DNA from: Octopus vulgaris
Lineage: Eukaryota
Assembly (NCBI GenBank): GCA_951406725.2
Contig: OX597825.1
Coordinates: 63,302,001-63,366,000 of the forward strand
Length of the DNA: 64,000 nucleotides
Direction of reading: 5' to 3'
Under the pieces are notes generated by a model. The model was not told where the DNA came from. It did no database searches and worked only from the letters and a program-made list of their open reading frames with translations. Of the stretch, positions 1-12,529 are shown in pieces. The translations under genes were made by a program, and so were the position numbers. Numbering within the stretch: the stretch's first letter is position 1; each line of letters starts with the position of its first letter.

Positions 1-446
1 AATACACAAGTCCAGAAGGTAAACATACAAAGAAACAAAAGCGTTACCATTCAAACGCATACGTATACACACACATACGTATACCAGAGCGCACCCACGC
101 CTGAACACACGCACTCACAAGCTTTTTCTTTTCTCTCTCTTCCTCACCCTGTCCCGTGCATTCTCGCCCATATCTATACAGCTACCATATAGAAGCTAAA
201 ACGAAGAGACAGACTTGAAGCTGGCTTTGAAATGGGAGGGCATGACCGCAAAGAGCGCACAATGGCGACGAAAGGACTTTGATAAACAAAACTGATTGTT
301 TGATTAACCTAATCAAACAATCGATTGTTTAATTGGTCAAATAGTTAACCAAATGACGAATAATGAAAAACTGGAAAAAAAGGACGAGTGCGTGGGTTTA
401 TTATTTGTATAAATATCCTTCCGAGATACAATGTGTGTGTTTATGC

Positions 447-478
<32 letters not shown>

Positions 479-500
479 GTGTGTGCGCGCGTCTATTTAT

Positions 501-680
501 CTTTTACTTGCTTTAGTCATTAGACTGCGGCTATGCTGGGGCATCACCTTCAATATGTAGTCGAATAAATCGACCCCAGGACTAATTTTTTATCGGTTCT
601 TTTGCCGAACCACTAAGTTACGGTGACGTAAACACACCAACACCGGTTGTCAAGTGGTGGTGTGGTGTGAGGGACAAATA
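501..680 (-). mobile_element. SINE family A, 3' half
   Basis: Reverse complement matches the family A tail (ccagcatrgccgcagtc-aatgact-aarcaagtaaaag) seen in many other copies in the window. Confidence 0.8.
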
Positions 681-1053
681 TACCAGGAAACTTATATATA
701 TACCATTCTACTTAAATAATGGAACTGCAGATACAATATTCCTGCATATCTAATGTCTGTTTTCATTCCTCCACTCTCTATTTCATATCTTCTCTAGAAT
801 AACTATTGCTTAACCATCTTCTCACACCGTCTCCGATGAAGACATTCTCATTATAAATGTCCTGAAATCTTTCACAGCCTTGGATTTTTATCTCATTCTG
901 TTAATGTTTATATATATATATATGCATGCTGATTTATGACCTACGTTGGACTGCTCTTTCGTATAATCACCAGACCTGGAATTAACTATAGTCTATCCAT
1001 AGTACTTACTCAGCATTACCTGACACCTTTGGGTCTTCTTGACACCATTACCT

Positions 1054-1452
1054 CTTGCTAACCAACCACATGGTTCCGGGTTCAGTCCCACTGCGTGGCA
1101 CATTGGGCAAGTGTCTCCTGCTATAGCCCCGGGCCGACCAATGCCTTGTGAGTGGATTTGGTAGACGGAAACTGAAAGAAGCCTGTCGTATATATCTATA
1201 TATATATGTATGTATGTGTGTGTGTGTGTTTGTGTGTCTGTATTTGTCCCCCTAGCATTGCTTGACAACCGATGCTGGTGTGTTTATGTCCCCGTTACTT
1301 AGCGGCTCGGCAAAAGATACCGATAGAATAAGCAGGCTTACAAAGAATAAGTCCCGGGATCGAGTTGCTCGATTAAAAAGGCGGTGCTCCAGCATGGCCG
1401 CAGTCAAATGACTGAAACAAGTAAAAGAGAGAAAGAATAAAAGAGTAAAAGA
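1054..1452 (+). mobile_element. SINE family A (tRNA-derived head, internal (TA)/(TG) microsatellite, gtaaaaga tail)
   Basis: B-box-like gggttcagtccc, ttgggcaagtgtc motif, conserved body and tail shared with more than 15 copies. Confidence 0.9.
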
Positions 1453-1703
1453 TATATATATATATATATATATATATCTGCATGAGTGCGTATGTGTATG
1501 TGCAAAAACTGTACCCAGAGTATTTACTCGTATGTATGTATGTATGTATGTATGTATGTATGTATATAAATCTCTGTTGATTCATTAGAAGCGACATTTT
1601 ACAGGACTCAGTACAAATGTAGACTGTTCTTTAATACATTATAATTGAAAGGCTCTGATTTCCATTCTTCAGAGTAGCTTGTCTCCGATCCTCAACTGGT
1701 AAA

Positions 1704-1909
1704 CCGAGACTGGTCTTATTTTGAATATCCACTGTCTGAATATATTTTAAAACACGGACTGAAATCTTGAAGGAAAAGTTCTTCATTATGTTCTTTCTTG
1801 TCGTTCTCAAAAGATTTTAAATGAAAGAACATAAGGTTTCCTTCAAACTTTCATTTCAGTTTTCAAACTATTTTCAGACAGTGAATATTCAAAATAAAGT
1901 GAGACTCGG
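1704..1909. repeat. Old fold-back/MITE-like imperfect palindrome
   Basis: ttattttgaatatccactgtctgaa (1716-1740) is the near-perfect reverse complement of 1873-1897; the inner segments ttgaaggaaa and ttatgttctttc also pair. Confidence 0.7.
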
Positions 1910-2229
1910 AGTACTGGAAGTAGAGGCTTTCCAATTATAATGTGCATGCGCGCGCGTGCGTGTAAACACAGTATATGTTTTTAAGTGCTACTGTTAGTTT
2001 CATGTGCTGAGGGCATGTCAAAAAGTATTTTTTTAACACGTCTGGTGTCCTAGCGCAATCATCAGGCACTGCCCACTTGACATAACAAACAAAAGATGAG
2101 AAACTAATAGTAGCAACAGATGAAGCTAATAGTAGCCCCAAAAAACATATATAGAGTTTCTTTAATACTTATCTTCCACCAGATTGTTGATCTTACCAGT
2201 ACAGAACAGTACACACAAACACACATACA

Positions 2230-2299
<70 letters not shown>

Positions 2300-2393
2300 A
2301 TAGTGTACATTTAAACACAAGTGAAACAACCTATAACAGGTAATTTTACACACGCTAGAAATAGCCAAAACGACCAAAGCCACATTTAAGAGC

Positions 2394-2590
2394 ACAAGGC
2401 CTCACATTTGGGGGAAGGAATTAAGTCGATTACAACGACTCCAGTGCGTAACTGGTACTTATCTAATCGATCCCGAAAGGATGAAAGGCAAAGTTGACCC
2501 CGACGGAATTTGAACTCAGAACGTAGCGATGAACAAAATGCTGCCAAGCATTTTGCCCAATGCGTTAACGATTTTACCATCTTGTTGCTT
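2394..2590 (-). mobile_element. SINE family B
   Basis: Reverse complement contains cgttctgagttcaaattcc and ctttgcctttcatcctttcggg...taagtaccag, the family B core. Confidence 0.85.
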
Positions 2591-2901
2591 TATATAAATC
2601 AAATATTAAGTTCAATGCATTAATAGGCTATTCCTGAGAACAATTTCTCTCATATACGTAATGCAACAAATATTTTAGTTCAGTTTGGCTGACTAGAATA
2701 TGTGTGGCCACAGCAAAAATGCTCTCATAATTCTTGTCAGAAACACTTCCACGAATTGTATTAATACTAGTTTCAGTATTTCATATCAATAGTCATCCAA
2801 ACAACCAGTCCAGACTGTCAAGATTATATAATGGGTAATGTTTACTGGTTTACCTGAATGTTTGGTGTGTGCATTTTTCTATATTCCCGTGTGGTAAGTA
2901 T

Positions 2902-3072
2902 AGGCGTAGGAGTGGCTGTTTGGTAAGTAGCTTGCTTACGAACCACATGGTTCTGGGTTCAGTCCCACTGCGTGGCAAGTGTCTTCTACTAGAGCTTCGG
3001 GCCGACCAAAGCCTTGTGAGTGAATTTGGTAGATGGAAACTGAAAGGAACCCGTCGTATATATATATATATT

Positions 3073-3151
<79 letters not shown>

Positions 3152-3370
3152 TTGTGTGTCTGTGTTTGTCCTCCAACATCACCTGACAACCGATGCTGGT
3201 GTGTTTACGTTCCCGTAAGTTAGCGGTTAGGCAAAAGAGACTGATAGAATAAGTACTAGGCTTAGAAAGAATTATTCCTGGGATCGATTTGCTCGATTGA
3301 GTAAAGGCGGTGCTCCAGCATGGCCACAGTCAAATGACTGAAACAAGTAAAAGAGTAAAAGAGTAAAGAG
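2902..3370 (+). mobile_element. SINE family A, full length
   Basis: Runs from the ggcgtaggagtggct head to the aagtaaaagagtaaaagag tail. Confidence 0.92.
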
Positions 3371-3471
3371 CAATCACTCCTGGAAGAGTTAAATACGACT
3401 CGAGTTAACAGGCTCATAAGATCGGAGCATAACCGACTTTCTGATTCATTTTAGCAACTGTGAATAGAATA

Positions 3472-3866
3472 GTCTCCTAAGAATTTTGCAGAGTTAACTC
3501 GCAGTTGCTGCCGGTACTAATTTCCAGAGGAGTGAACGAGTACCACATGAAATTAAGTACCTTGATCACGGATATGTCACCTGGTACAAGACTTGAATCT
3601 ACGATTTAACATTCTTCAACCCACACATCGTAACCACGAGGTCGTGTGACTTAATCAAAGATGAAAGGGTCTCCTAAGAATTTTGCAGAGTTAACTCGCA
3701 GTTGCTGCCGGTACTAATTTCCAGAGGAGTGAACGAGAACCACATGAAATTAAGTACCTTGATCACGGATATGTCACCTGGTACAAAACTTGAATCTACG
3801 ATTTAACATTCTTCGACCCAACATCGTAACCACGAGGTTGTGTGACTTAATCGAAGATGAAAGGGT
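3472..3866. repeat. Direct tandem duplication, 2 x ~197 bp
   Basis: gtctcctaagaattttgcagag...gatgaaagg starts at 3472 and again at 3669 with few differences. Confidence 0.95.
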
Positions 3867-4163
3867 TAATAAAATAAATATCCGTGTTAAAATCAATATG
3901 TTCTCAAAATGGTAATGAAATACTTTGCTTTAAACTTTATTTGGAGATCAACTACAAAGGTGCATAAAATTCAATGTGTTTCTTTTCTGATGGATTGCAG
4001 TTACTGGATAAAATTTATATATTCAGCACATGACATGTTTTAAGGGAATCGAACAAGGAAAATAATAAAATTAAATAAAATAAAATACGTTAGGAAATAA
4101 GAATTGGGCAACGTACATACTATAGATTACTATTTAAAAAAAACAAAAAAAAAACGCATTAGA

Positions 4164-4584
4164 TGTGGCTGTGTGGTAAGTAGCTTGTTTACGAACCACA
4201 TGGTTCTGGGTTCAGTCCCACTGCGTGGCACCTTGGGCAAGTGTTTTCTACTATAGCCTCGGGCCTACCAAAGCCTTGTGAGTGGATTTGGTAGACGGAA
4301 ACTGAAAGAAGCCCGTCGTATATATGTATATATATATATATATGTATATATATATGTATGTGTGTGTATATGTTTGTGTGTCTGTGTTTGTCCCCCTAGC
4401 ATTGCTTGACAACAGATGCTGGTGTGTTCACGTCCCCGTTACCTAGCGGTTAGGCAAAAGAGACCGATAGAATAAGTACTGGGCTTACAAAGAATAAGTC
4501 CCGGGGTCGATTTGCTCGATTGACTAAAGGCGGTGCTCCAGCATGGCCGCAGTCAAATGACTGAAACAAGTAAAAGAGTAAAGA
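4164..4584 (+). mobile_element. SINE family A
   Basis: Near-full match to the other family A copies. Confidence 0.92.
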
Positions 4585-5197
4585 TGTGATTGGTAATTTC
4601 ATCATAGGAGTTATGAAGGAGCTATGTTGAAGGATATTGTAGCCGCGTTGTAAGAAGCTTGTTTTCCAACCACATGGTTCCGGGTTCAGAAAAAAAACAA
4701 AACAAAAAAAAAACAAAAACAAACAAAACACAACCCCACAAAAACAAAGACATACATACCATGCCCGCATGGTAAAGCATACAAAATGCTGATGATGACT
4801 GTGCGACCACCACCAGTTTCCTCAGTTTCCAGATGTTACCCTTTGTAGAATAATAATTTTACTCTTTTGTTTGCTTTCAACTTTGTAGCCATTATTCCAT
4901 CTTATTTTCCATTATTTTGTTCACAATCTTAAATCTGGCTACGACTGACACCATTAAAGAAACAATTTTAGATAATGTAATGTAATCGTCAAGTGCTATT
5001 GCTACATAATTTGGTCCATTGTTAATGCAAATACACAAGCTGTGATGCCATTTAGTCTTATTCTGAAACTCATACATAGAAATTAGTATATTTACCATTC
5101 TGATGAAAGCAGGAATTTCATACATATGTAATTTACATCCCAATCTCAACGCTTTGAAGAATTTGTATGTCGATTTTGTTATTTATGCAGAATATCC

Positions 5198-5622
5198 TAC
5201 TTACGTAGAAGTGGGAACAATGATACACACACACACACACATACACACATACACACAGACATACACACACACACAGACACAGACACACAGACACACACAC
5301 AGGCACACGCATAGACACACATATACATATATTTAAATATATACACATATGCATATGTACACATCCTGGCATAATGGTATATGTATATATATTTATTTAT
5401 ATACGTATATACACATACATACATATTTGCGCATATACATATATGTATATTTGCATATATACACTCATACATACATACGTACATACATACATGCATACAT
5501 ATACAGTCATACTCACGTACACTCATATACACTCATATATATCTTTATGCCAGGATGTGTACATATGTATATGTGTATATATTTAAATATATGTATATGT
5601 GTGTATGTGTGTGTGCCTATGT

Positions 5623-5658
<36 letters not shown>

Positions 5659-5683
5659 CATTGTTCCCACTTCTAAGTAAGTA
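5198..5683. repeat. Long inverted repeat (arms ~5198-5374 and ~5545-5683) containing microsatellites
   Basis: tagaagtgggaacaatgataca and atgtacacatcctggcataa both recur as reverse complements. Confidence 0.9.
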
Positions 5684-6007
5684 TATGATGACTAGAACAT
5701 TTGTTAAAGAATTGGATAGAATGTATTGCGTTATATGTTCTCAGTGGTCAGTTCTTGCTGTGAGTGGCCATGCCCTTCATCCTAACGAAGTAGACAAAAT
5801 AATACCAGCTAAGCACAAGTGCACTCACCTCTCCCTTAATCTATTACACATACTTTGGGTGTTCCATCGGATCAATGGTAGAGGGCCTAGGCTGTTTGCC
5901 TCAGTAGACACATGGTTAAATGTATAGCTGAAACGATCATCGAAAGCATGATACTTGCCGCTAAATCACAGTTACTTACTACAAGCGGTAGCTCTTGTAT
6001 GTAGACA

Positions 6008-6226
6008 TTGGTTACGAATTTTGGCACATAGCCTGCAAGTTCGGATGGGGATGGGGTAAGTCGATTACATCGACTCCAGTGCTCAACTAGTACTTATTTC
6101 ATCGATCGCGAAAGGATGAAAGGCAAAGTCGACCTCAATGGAATTTGCACTCAGTATGTGAAGACGGAAGAAATGTCGCCAGGCATTTTGCCTGGAGTGA
6201 TAAGCATTCTGCCAGCTCACCGACTT
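6008..6226 (-). mobile_element. SINE family B, diverged
   Basis: gaaaggatgaaaggcaaagtcgacctc core and ttctgccagctc head. Confidence 0.8.
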
Positions 6227-6426
6227 ACTGTTCTATGTAGATACTATTGAGTGCATGTGCTGTTAATGAAATCTAAATACACACACTCAAACACATCTGC
6301 ACTGCACGCATGCTCACACGCACATATAAGTATATATACACATGTACATGTATATATGTATGTGTCTCTCATTCACTTTCTCTCCTCCCTGAGCATATAT
6401 ATATATGTATATATGTACATATGTAA

Positions 6427-6817
6427 GAGTGGCTGTGTGGTAAGTAGCTTGCTTACCAACCACATGGTTCCGGGTTCAGTCCCACTGCGTGGCACTTTGG
6501 CCAGGTGTCTTCTACTGCATCCTCGGGCCGAGCAAAGCCTTGTGAGTGGATTTGGTAGACGGAAATTGAAAGAAGCCTGTCGTATATATGTATATATATA
6601 TGTGTGTGTGTATATGTTTGTGTGTTTGTGTTTGTCCCCCCAACATTGCTTGGCAACCGACGCTGGTGTGTTTATGTCCCCCAACTTAGCGGTTCGGCAA
6701 AAGAGTGGGATAGAATAAGTACTAGGCTCACAAAGAATAAGTTGTGGGGTCGATTTGCTCAACTAAAGGCGGTGGTCCAGCATGGCCACAATAAAATGAC
6801 TGAAACAAGTAAAAGAG

Positions 6818-6820
<3 letters not shown>
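6427..6820 (+). mobile_element. SINE family A
   Basis: Head-to-tail match to family A. Confidence 0.9.
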
Positions 6821-6868
<48 letters not shown>

Positions 6869-7230
6869 TACATATATACATATCTATATGTACGCATGTG
6901 CTTGTGTATATATATATGTATGCGTGTGTGTGTGTGTGTGTGTGTCTTCATAAACCTGTAAAGACAAAATTTTCTTGAAAATTTACTCGAACAACAATCC
7001 TATATTGGACTCCAGGAGATAAAAGGCACCACTACAATCCATTGGTCACCTGCTTCAATATCCTTCTAACCTTCCACCTTATTTATCTGACCTACTTTAA
7101 GATCTTGCACGTCTCTGTTAATTATCCTCCTTTTCTTTCTTTCCTTTACTTCGTTTCTCCTCTAGATTTCATCTTTGTTATATATTCTCTTTTCTCTTAT
7201 TTCTCTTCTTCCCAGTCTTTCTAACTCCAC

Positions 7231-7782
7231 TGCGGTTCCAAGCAGTGCTGTTTTCTGCAAGTACTTCACCCTTATTGCAGCTCCTATTTGCTCCACATAC
7301 TTTTCGAGATTTTTGCTCCCTGTTCCCAGGACTCCGACAATTATTGGTACTACTGCTACCTTTTTCATCGACCACAACAGCTTAACTTTCCAAGCCAACC
7401 TGTCATATCTCTCGACTTTTCTTTCTTCCTGATCGCATACCTTGTTGTCAGTTGGACATGCTATGTTTATGACCTAGCGTAGTTTGTTTTCTTTCTCAAT
7501 CAAGACTATGTCCGGCTTCCTATTCTCTATCTCACGGTCGCACTGAATCATAAAATCCCAAAAGATCTTTGCACTTCTATTTTCGACGATGCCTTCAGGT
7601 TTGTGGTCGTACCAATTATTTTCTCTGTCAAGTTCATACTTGTTGCAAAGTGTCTAATGGACAAGCCTGGCTATATTGCCGAGGCGTCTCTTATATTCCT
7701 TCTGGGCTAGTGGCGTACATTGGCTGGTAATATGCCATACGGTTTCACCGTTTTGTCTACAGATTCTGCACTTATCACTTTC
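7231..7782 (-). pseudogene. R4/Dong-clade non-LTR retrotransposon C-terminal fragment (CCHC knuckle plus restriction-like endonuclease)
   Basis: Manual translation: CRICRQNGETVWHITSQC...KEYKRRLGNIARLVH*...KIFWDFMIQCDREIENRKPDIVLIEK...*VINIACP...KVERYDRL...VPIIVGVLG...LQKTALLGTA. Two in-frame stops; abuts an (AAT)n tract. Confidence 0.9.
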
Positions 7783-7837
<55 letters not shown>

Positions 7838-8394
7838 GAGTGAGAGAGGAGTGCATGCCATCAAGTGACACTGGGGTACAAATATACGAAGCCCAGTATA
7901 CCCATCATGACTACCCGTCTGATAAGGGTACACCAGGCACATGCATCACAACCATATGCGCGTGACATGGTGATCTCATAACAAGATAAACAGCGCATGA
8001 CCTTGCGGGTGGGGCCCATTTAGAATTTTCTTCTGGTTGGGTAACCCATCCCACTCACAAGGTCCCTGATTAAGGGTTGTTTAAGGATGATGAATGAAAC
8101 ACCCATGTTTCCAGAGGTGAATCATTCAAACCCCAAAGAATCCCTCTCAACACATGGCTATGATGCTCCCCCATTACTTTTACTCGTGATCAGAGATGCA
8201 CATATCGTCAGCCACTAAGGGACATGCTCAACTGGTTAAGGTCAAACAACTGACAAGCAAATCTGTGGTATTGAGCAGAATATTTGCAGTAGCCCAACTT
8301 TTATACCAAGACAAAACAATGTACATGATAACACTTCCAATCAGTTAAGATCAGAAGCCATGAGAGCCACTGCCTGGTACTGCATCAGGGCATT
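7838..8394 (-). mobile_element. Non-coding ~557 bp element inserted in (AAT)n
   Basis: Flanked by (ATT)n on both sides; a second copy at 24192 begins at the same nucleotide (aaatgccctgatgcagtacc). Strand is inferred. Confidence 0.85.
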
Positions 8395-8898
8395 TATTAT
8401 TATTATTATTAATCTTATTATTATCATTATTATTATTATTATTTCAATTACATTCTCCAACATCAATATTGTTTTCATTATCTCTCACTGCCTTACTTGT
8501 CACAACTAACGTATTTACTACTCACACATATTACTGATATTACTGAATCCCACGACTGGACTGTTCTTACTATTCTTACCAATAATAATTCAATTATTTA
8601 GAACTACAATTGTTCGAGAATCAAAACCACAATGTTTATAATGACCACTTCACGGAATCTATTCCATTTTCAGCGCTAATAAACCCAGCAATGATATGGT
8701 TGTTAGTAATACTATTATTATCAAACCTGGTTGATCTTGTCAGAAGTTATATGGAAAGTATGAGTGATGGAGTGGCACTCTGCTGTATAAAATAGCAAAT
8801 GTTACGTAGCTTCTTCCATTGAACTTTGCATGCAAAGGCGTTTAACAGGGACGATACTGAAACAATTGCAATTGGTTATTAAAGATGTGCTAGTAATC

Positions 8899-8929
<31 letters not shown>

Positions 8930-9352
8930 TGTATGTATGTATGTATGTATGTATGTATGTGTGTGTATGTATGTATGTTTGTATGTGTGTATGTATGTAA
9001 ATGTATGTGTGTGTGTATGTGTGTACGTATGTACGTATGTATGTATGTATGTATGTATGTATGTATGTATGTATGTATGTATATATGTATGTATGTATTA
9101 ATGTATGCATTTATGAATGTGCGTGTATGTATGTACGTACGTATGTATGTGTGTGTATGTATGTATGTATGTACGCATGGATGTATTAATGTATGTATGT
9201 ATGTGTATGCATGTATGCTAGATGTGTCGAAGCAATTCTGATTAATAATAAATTTCCGTATATTCCATCATCTGTCTTTCATTTACTATATATATATATA
9301 CACACACACCAATATACAAACACACACATATACTACATACACACATACGTTT

Positions 9353-9395
<43 letters not shown>

Positions 9396-9940
9396 GTATG
9401 TATGTGTTCTGGTGGAATGCGATTGGATAGTAGCTGAAAGGTTTTCTCACCTACTGTAAAATATTCTATTCTTATCTCCCTAACACACTGAGGAATACCT
9501 GTATGCACTCAGTTACTGAAGTGAAAACATGGTAATGGTTTACTTCCATATTTAACCCTCCCTCCCCCCACACACATAGTGTGTACGCGCATGCGCGTGT
9601 GTACTTTTATGAGTCATTCTCTGTGAATGTTTGTACCTTTCCACATCACTTGAAAACTGCTAACGTTTTTATGCCCAGTATCAGGGATGATGAAACAGAG
9701 GTCTATAAAATGAATACCAATCTTAAAAAAATTTAAATTGAATTGATATGATCGACTAAACCCATAAACGAGTCCACAATTTAATGCCTGACAGCACATA
9801 CATTGTGTTTTTATGCGGACAAACGTTTAGCCTTACAGACATTTTAGCTTGTACTATGGTGCAAGAAACTTTGACTTGTTAAATAATATAAGATGAATAG
9901 CTATCTTAGAGTTATCATTGTCTCATGTGTTATTTGAGGC

Positions 9941-10447
9941 AAGTGGTTCCAAAACGTTTTTGGGCTGCCACCATCTTGACACCCAGGCCACATTCCTAGC
10001 GCACCACCCCAACTAGCCTATTTCTTTACTACCCAAAAGAGGCTAAACACAGAGGACAAACAAGGACAGACAAACGGATTAAGTCGGTTATATCGACCCC
10101 AGTGCGTAACCGGTACTTATTTAATCGACCTCGGAAGGATGAAAGGCAAAGTCGACCTCGGCGGAATTTGAACTCAGAACGTAGCGGGAGACGAAATACC
10201 GCTAAGCATTTCGCCGACGTGCTAACGTTTCTGCCAGCTCGTCGCCTTCACCACCCCAACTAACCATCACAAACATAGACCTCTTTCTGAAGCAAAGTCA
10301 AAGCAACTGTATTTAACAAATAAAACTCAACCTAATGAAATCATTATTTTGTTGTTTTTACATGAATCGCTCCCCAATTATCGCCCCACTTTCATTCAAC
10401 TTTCCACCGCCCCCAGGAGAGCGATACCACCCACGTTGGGAACCATC
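9941..10447. mobile_element. hAT-like MITE remnant interrupted by a SINE
   Basis: Ends gtggttccaaaacg and cgttgggaacca are imperfect inverted repeats of a common hAT MITE terminus type. Confidence 0.6.
10016..10248 (-). mobile_element. SINE family B, full length, 14-bp TSD
   Basis: TSD caccaccccaacta at 10002-10015 and 10249-10262. Confidence 0.95.
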
Positions 10448-10901
10448 AGAAACTTGGGCCAATCAGAAATTTTAACCAATATAAAATGTTAATCAAAGTA
10501 ATTAGCATTACAGCTATATTTTAGCTATAAAAAGTGAATACAAAACGGTTTTGTATCGTCTCTCACTGGCAATAATGGAAAACCAAGTATGTCGTAAACT
10601 GTCCTAGCTCGACGTAATGCTCGGTCCAGCATCAACAAATTAATTTCTACTTGCTTAACTATACGTACGTGTATCAGAATTTTCTTTTTACTGCTCACAC
10701 AATTTTGTCTTTACAATATAAATTATTCCTATGAAACGAACATTATATATATTTATATATACATGATTATATAACTTTCTTCATAAAGTTATGTAATCAA
10801 ATGTATAGAAAATAACTTTGTACACTTTCGCGCACACATTTATGTAAATTGGATGTGATTGATGTAAATTAAGATGTTTTCTTTATTTTTCACTGCTGTA
10901 T

Positions 10902-10963
<62 letters not shown>

Positions 10964-11398
10964 GTAAATGTTATATTCTTGTCGGAATTTTGTCATATTT
11001 TAATCTGAATTCTCAAACCACATGCTGTGTAATTATTGTTGCTTTATTTTACCAAAAGATTCGTCAAAATCTATTTTTATCAGTATTTAGCTAATCTAAG
11101 GAAAATTTATATATATAACCGGCTTTTGTTGTTTTATCTATGAAGAATCTTTTAATTTCCTAAACGTACACACAAACGCATACGTTATCAATATAATTAT
11201 ATTTAGTCCTATACAAAAATGCAAAATAATAACAAACATGCAGGTTTGAATATGTCAAGTAGAGAGAGATATTTCAAAGATTAATAGTGACATTAATAGT
11301 TCATCTGTTAAGGTTTCACTCTCTTTCTCTGTATCTATGTATAAACACGCATATATCTACTTACGTACATATATATAAACACGCATATATCTACATAC

Positions 11399-11447
<49 letters not shown>

Positions 11448-11747
11448 TACATCATATATACGTACATATACCTGCATACACGCGCGCCCACATACACCGT
11501 ATACCAGGTTGAGCCAAAAGTGTTTTGGGATTTCTACAGAGGATTTTGGTTGCTTGTATCTCCTTGCTATTTGATAAAACATGTCGAATCGTTTGTGAAT
11601 TGTTTATTCTTTATTTTACTCCTATGATAATAAGTGGTGGAAAAATTGCTATTAGAGCCATTTTACACTACCTAAAGAAAAATGCCTGAGTGCAAAGGCA
11701 GCGACGAAAGAAATTGGTGATGTGGAAGGCCCTGGAACGTATGGCAC

Positions 11748-12019
11748 CACGGGCCCGGAAACAGGGGATGCAGGTGGTGCAAAAACACCTCCTAGAATTT
11801 TTGCGGAGTGCAGAACCAAAATTTGCCGCCCTACTTATTTTCCTCGGGTTTAGAAAACGGTAAATAAAATGTGATGTGTAAAAAGTAGCCTGAAGTTAGG
11901 TTCCTTCTCAAAGATCAAATCACAAAAATAAATAGCAGAAAAAAAAACAAGACCTTGTTTGTAAAAACGTTTGGACCTGGGTTTGCACCCACTAAGCAAA
12001 TTTCATTCCCGAGCCAGTG
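11748..12019. mobile_element. hAT-type MITE nested in the mariner
   Basis: Imperfect TIRs cacgggcccggaa / ttcccgagccagtg; 8-bp TSD tatggcac (11740-11747) / tatgacac (12020-12027). Confidence 0.8.
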
Positions 12020-12245
12020 TATGACACAAAATTGCTTCAGCTGGTGTTTCTAGGAAAGTGAAACCAGCCTCGAAGACAAAGGTCGTGGAGTGTTGTGTAA
12101 GATGAAACGTACAATGGAATGATTGAACGACATAAACACAAGCACTCGAACACCGTCGGCAGATCTTGGTCCTTCTCAATACACCATCAGACAATACTCC
12201 CATGAGCCCAGCCTTGTGAAAAAACGCTGTCGAGAAGCACCTCAT

Positions 12246-12529
12246 GTGGAGGCACATGGCCTAGTGGTTAGAGCAGTGGACTCGCGGTCGTGGGATCGCG
12301 GGCGATGTGTGTGTTTATGAGCGAAACACCTAAGCTCCACGCGGCTCCGGCAGAAGGTAATGGCGATCTTCTGCTGGCTCTTTCGCCACAACTCTCGCTC
12401 TTTTCTCTTGTATCTTGCAACTCACCTGCGACGGACCGGTGTCCCGTGCAGGTGGGGAACCTATATGCCAAGAAAACCGGGAAACCGGCCCTTATGAGCC
12501 AGGCATAGCTCGAGAAAGAACAAACTCGA
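12246..12529 (+). mobile_element. SINE with family C head and alternative tail, nested in the mariner
   Basis: A-box tggcctagtgg and gagcgaaacacctaagctccac; probable TSD acctcat (12239-12245 / 12530-12536). Confidence 0.85.

Noticed and set aside
4892-5149. ORF faintly resembling a hAT transposase segment (W..lCicxnG...VVARFK)
   Set aside because: The similarity is too weak to call by eye, and no termini were found.
6251-6762. Recurrent ORFs with NHMVPGSVPLRG or FDCGHAGAP peptides
   Set aside because: Incidental translations of SINE family A.
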